From positions 18,786,001-18,850,000 of the forward strand of contig NC_134482.1 of assembly GCF_964194025.1 (NCBI RefSeq): a stretch of DNA of 64,000 bases. The letters run 5' to 3'. This DNA comes from Convolutriloba macropyga (lineage: Eukaryota). This document shows, piece after piece, positions 60,994-64,000 of this stretch. Made by a program: the position numbers and the translations under genes. Below the pieces are notes generated by a model. The model was not told where the DNA came from, made no database searches, and saw nothing but the letters and a program-made list of their open reading frames with translations. Position 1 is the first letter of the stretch; every line of letters starts with the position of its first letter.

Positions 60994-61941
60994 GTAAGAA
61001 ACACTTTTCGGTATCGAATTGAAGATAGTTGATACTGATAAGCTGTGAAAACTCGATTGTGGTGGTTTTGTACGTATATTGAACATTATTATGAGCTGAC
61101 TCTGAATATGAAAACTGAGACAATTCATATTATTTCAATTTTATTGGACCTTTTGGGTACTTGTTCAAAAACGATGTTTCTCGTAACTCGAATCAGATTA
61201 GATTGTCGATCCTGCAATCTTGTTCATGATAATCTACGATTAGTTTATGCTAATTAACTTTTTGCAAATGCCGCAGTCTTAGGAACAAAAGTGGCGACAA
61301 TGCAGTGAGTTTTGTAACAAATGGTTTCTCTTGCATATGAGTTCCTGCAGTTTACCATGATAGTTCTCGCGTATAGTTCAGCAGAAAAGTTTTCGAAACA
61401 TTTTCTCATTATATGTCTCAAAACAAGCTCAATGCTTTGGAAGTTTTATTGCATAGTTCACGTTTAGAGCTGAAAGCTCTTAGGATTTTGATAAAAAATA
61501 TAATCCGGATTTCAATATTTCAGTGAATATTTTTTAACAAAAGTTAACGATAATTTTGAGGTATTGTAAAAAATAATTTTCTATCTGAATGTTTAGCCGA
61601 ATATTGATTGTTAGAACACTTGTTTAATCATGCTTCTCTTTAATTACCACCAATTTTTGTTCAAAACAAATTATCGATAAAATTATGGGCGTCATCAATA
61701 TAGAAAAGGAAATATGTTCAAACTTGAAAGCGTTCCTCTTAATCGAAATTGTTGCTTTCAGAACTCATTTAATTCATTTCTCAATAAATCGCTCCGCCTG
61801 TTTTCATTCAATCAACTATTTTGCTAAGAGGAAAAAGCAACACAAGTAAAAATTTAGAAAGCATTGCATTTATTTGCCATTTACAGAAAAGGTTGAATTT
61901 ATTCGGTTCACAACCTTGATTTAACTTGGTTTATTTTTCAG

Positions 61942-64000
61942 CAAATCCCTCCTCAAATTCAACACGACAATGTTCCATCAACTCGATTAATGTTCAAAAT
62001 TCTTGCACAGCCACGATAGAACACCATATAGAACCCAAAATAGCCACTCGGAACCCGATCACGCCTCTAAGAAGGTCAACCTCGATGCGAAAGGCGGACT
62101 CGTTGACTAGATCGATATTAGCATTAAATATGGTTAGTCACCGAAGATCAGCTACGCCGTCGTACATGAGTGGCGACAGCTCATGTAATAGTACTTTGAC
62201 ATCAGGAGGAGGTCTTGTTGATAATTCGTCTTCATTCGGTGGATCCACGAGTTCAATTGACCAATCAGACGACAGTGCGCATGATATTCGTAAATTGTCG
62301 GTCGGATCGGCGGGTGCGTTGCCCATTCTCGCCCGAAGTACAAGTCGAAAGAAACAGTTTACAGCCGAGTTCAGCAGTTCAACGAGCTCTTTAAGCGATT
62401 CGGTTGCAAATCAAGCTTTAGATTTGAATTTCGAGCTGTTAGATTGTGGAGCACTGAAGTTAACGTGTGGCGAAGATTCGCATAAATCACGAATTGTGGA
62501 AGTTTTGGCGAACAATCCAATATTGAACATTACAGAATCACAAGAAATTGCCAGACTTATTTGTTATTTCCACAGTTGTTTATCCGCAGTAGAGCAAGCT
62601 AGAGGTCTGTGTTTAATTGTCGACGGTCGAGTTACCAGAAAAAATTCACTGGAAAAAGTGGCAGAGGCGTTTCGCGTGGCTGAAGAACTGTCAGTTGGTG
62701 CTATTTCGAGAATCATTATTTTGTGTGGAAATTCTGGCAGTACTTTATTTCATTCTATCAATTTTAGCCTAGATCCATCCAAAGTTGAATTCTTCAATAA
62801 AGCAGACGCGTTTTATAACGCAATTCCCAAACAGCAACTAACGAGTACGTTCAATGGCAATTTGTCCAATCATCACGAGGAATGGGTCAGGTTCAGAATG
62901 AAGTTAGAGCCCTATGTGAACAGCTGTGAGTTAGCTTTGACCCAAATCGGAAAGTGCAAGAAAATTTACAATCACAACTTTTTACCCTCAAAACTGAAGG
63001 AATTGAATCGGGTTTTGAAGGAACACCAAACAGCAATCACAAAGTTAAGAAACGAGCAAGCTCTCTGCAGCAACAACAATCAGATTTTAGCGCGATTGAG
63101 AGAAGAAGCGACTGTTATTTCCGAGTTCCCAGACGCTTACGATGCTGTCGATTCTGCCGAACGTCTGCAAATGAGACTCAATTCTGAGTTTTGTGAACTT
63201 GAAGCTCATTCCAGGAGTTACATCACAGCTATCGAAGCGGCCATTGCGGCTAGGCAGTTCACAGATGAATATCGGAAAATTCTGAGCTGGTTCCAAAAAC
63301 GAGGCGAAGTTTTTCTCGAGGACAGTTTGTTGGGAGACAATTTACAATCATTAATGAATGCTGAGAAGGAATTTGACAGGTTCAACTACCACGCTATGAA
63401 GTATTGTGAGAAGGCAGGAGATATAATTGACGAAGCTTCTCAACTCAACAATCATGATGTAAGAACGAAATCAGATCATTTGAAGAACATTGTTCAATCC
63501 TTTGTCGCTAAAATGGACGCGAGAAAAACCCAAATTGAAAATATGCTGCAGATTTACCAACACATTGATCGGGCAATTGACTGGGCGCTTAATGGAATGC
63601 ACTTTTTGGCCAAAATGAATATGGATCGTGTCCACAGCGAAGCAGGTTGTCTGAAGTTGCTGAAAAATCTGGAAAGATATCAAGCCAAATATCCTCAAAT
63701 TACGAACGAAATGTTTGATAGAATGGAAGCCTTGAGCATCGATCTTGCCAATGAAAATTTACATCAGCAGTTAAAGTTTGCGAGAGAACGTTGTAAAAAT
63801 ATAGACGGTCTTTTTGCGAAACGACAAGCATCAATTACCAAAAGCTTAGACGTATTTCGATGTGTCCCAGTTTACGTCAACAAAACTCATCAGAATAAAC
63901 GATCGAATTCGGCTCTTCATCAAGTGGTAGCATTGCCTGAAATTGAGAGTTCGAGTGCTGCTGAAGATACGGACGGAGATATGCTGGATTCGGAACCCTC
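61942..64000 (+). CDS. RhoGEF coding exon 4 (Ser-rich region, Sec14/CRAL-TRIO domain, spectrin-like repeats); runs off the window
   Basis: Follows TTTTTCAG and reads 'GLCLIVDGR' and 'IPKQQLTSTFNGNLSNHHEEWVRFRMKLE', then helical repeats. It is absent from the ORF track, consistent with no stop before the window end. Confidence 0.85.

Noticed and set aside
62138-63698. Short ORFs on both strands near the window end
   Set aside because: They are shadows of the long + strand RhoGEF exon.

Overview
AT-rich animal genomic DNA, dense in transposable elements, with one 135-nt N gap. There are two host genes, both on the + strand. The first is a complete 4-exon COP9 signalosome subunit 1 gene (CSN1/GPS1, 16719-46560, 503 aa predicted), whose first intron is 27 kb and filled with retroelements. 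The second starts only 350 bp downstream: the 5' part of a PLEKHG4/PLEKHG4B/ARHGEF40-family RhoGEF (Sec14 domain plus spectrin-like repeats), which runs off the window end. The rest is a ~0.7-kb tandem array, MITE-like elements, a CRE-clade RLE retrotransposon, a Penelope-like fragment, L2 and Crack/Daphne-like LINEs, a 3.3-kb tandem triplication and a tRNA-like sequence. Main observation: one ~31-nt motif ending in AG (consensus GCCTAATTGTTGTGATAAACTTATTAAATAG) sits at the 5' end of, or just before an ORF of, at least five retroelements from three clades. I interpret it as a spliced-leader (SL) exon written into the DNA. It resembles an acoel SL as I recall it, which I have not verified. Two LINEs of different clades also carry a homologous stand-alone SGNH-esterase ORF behind this motif. 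The two host genes are arranged like an operon resolved by trans-splicing.
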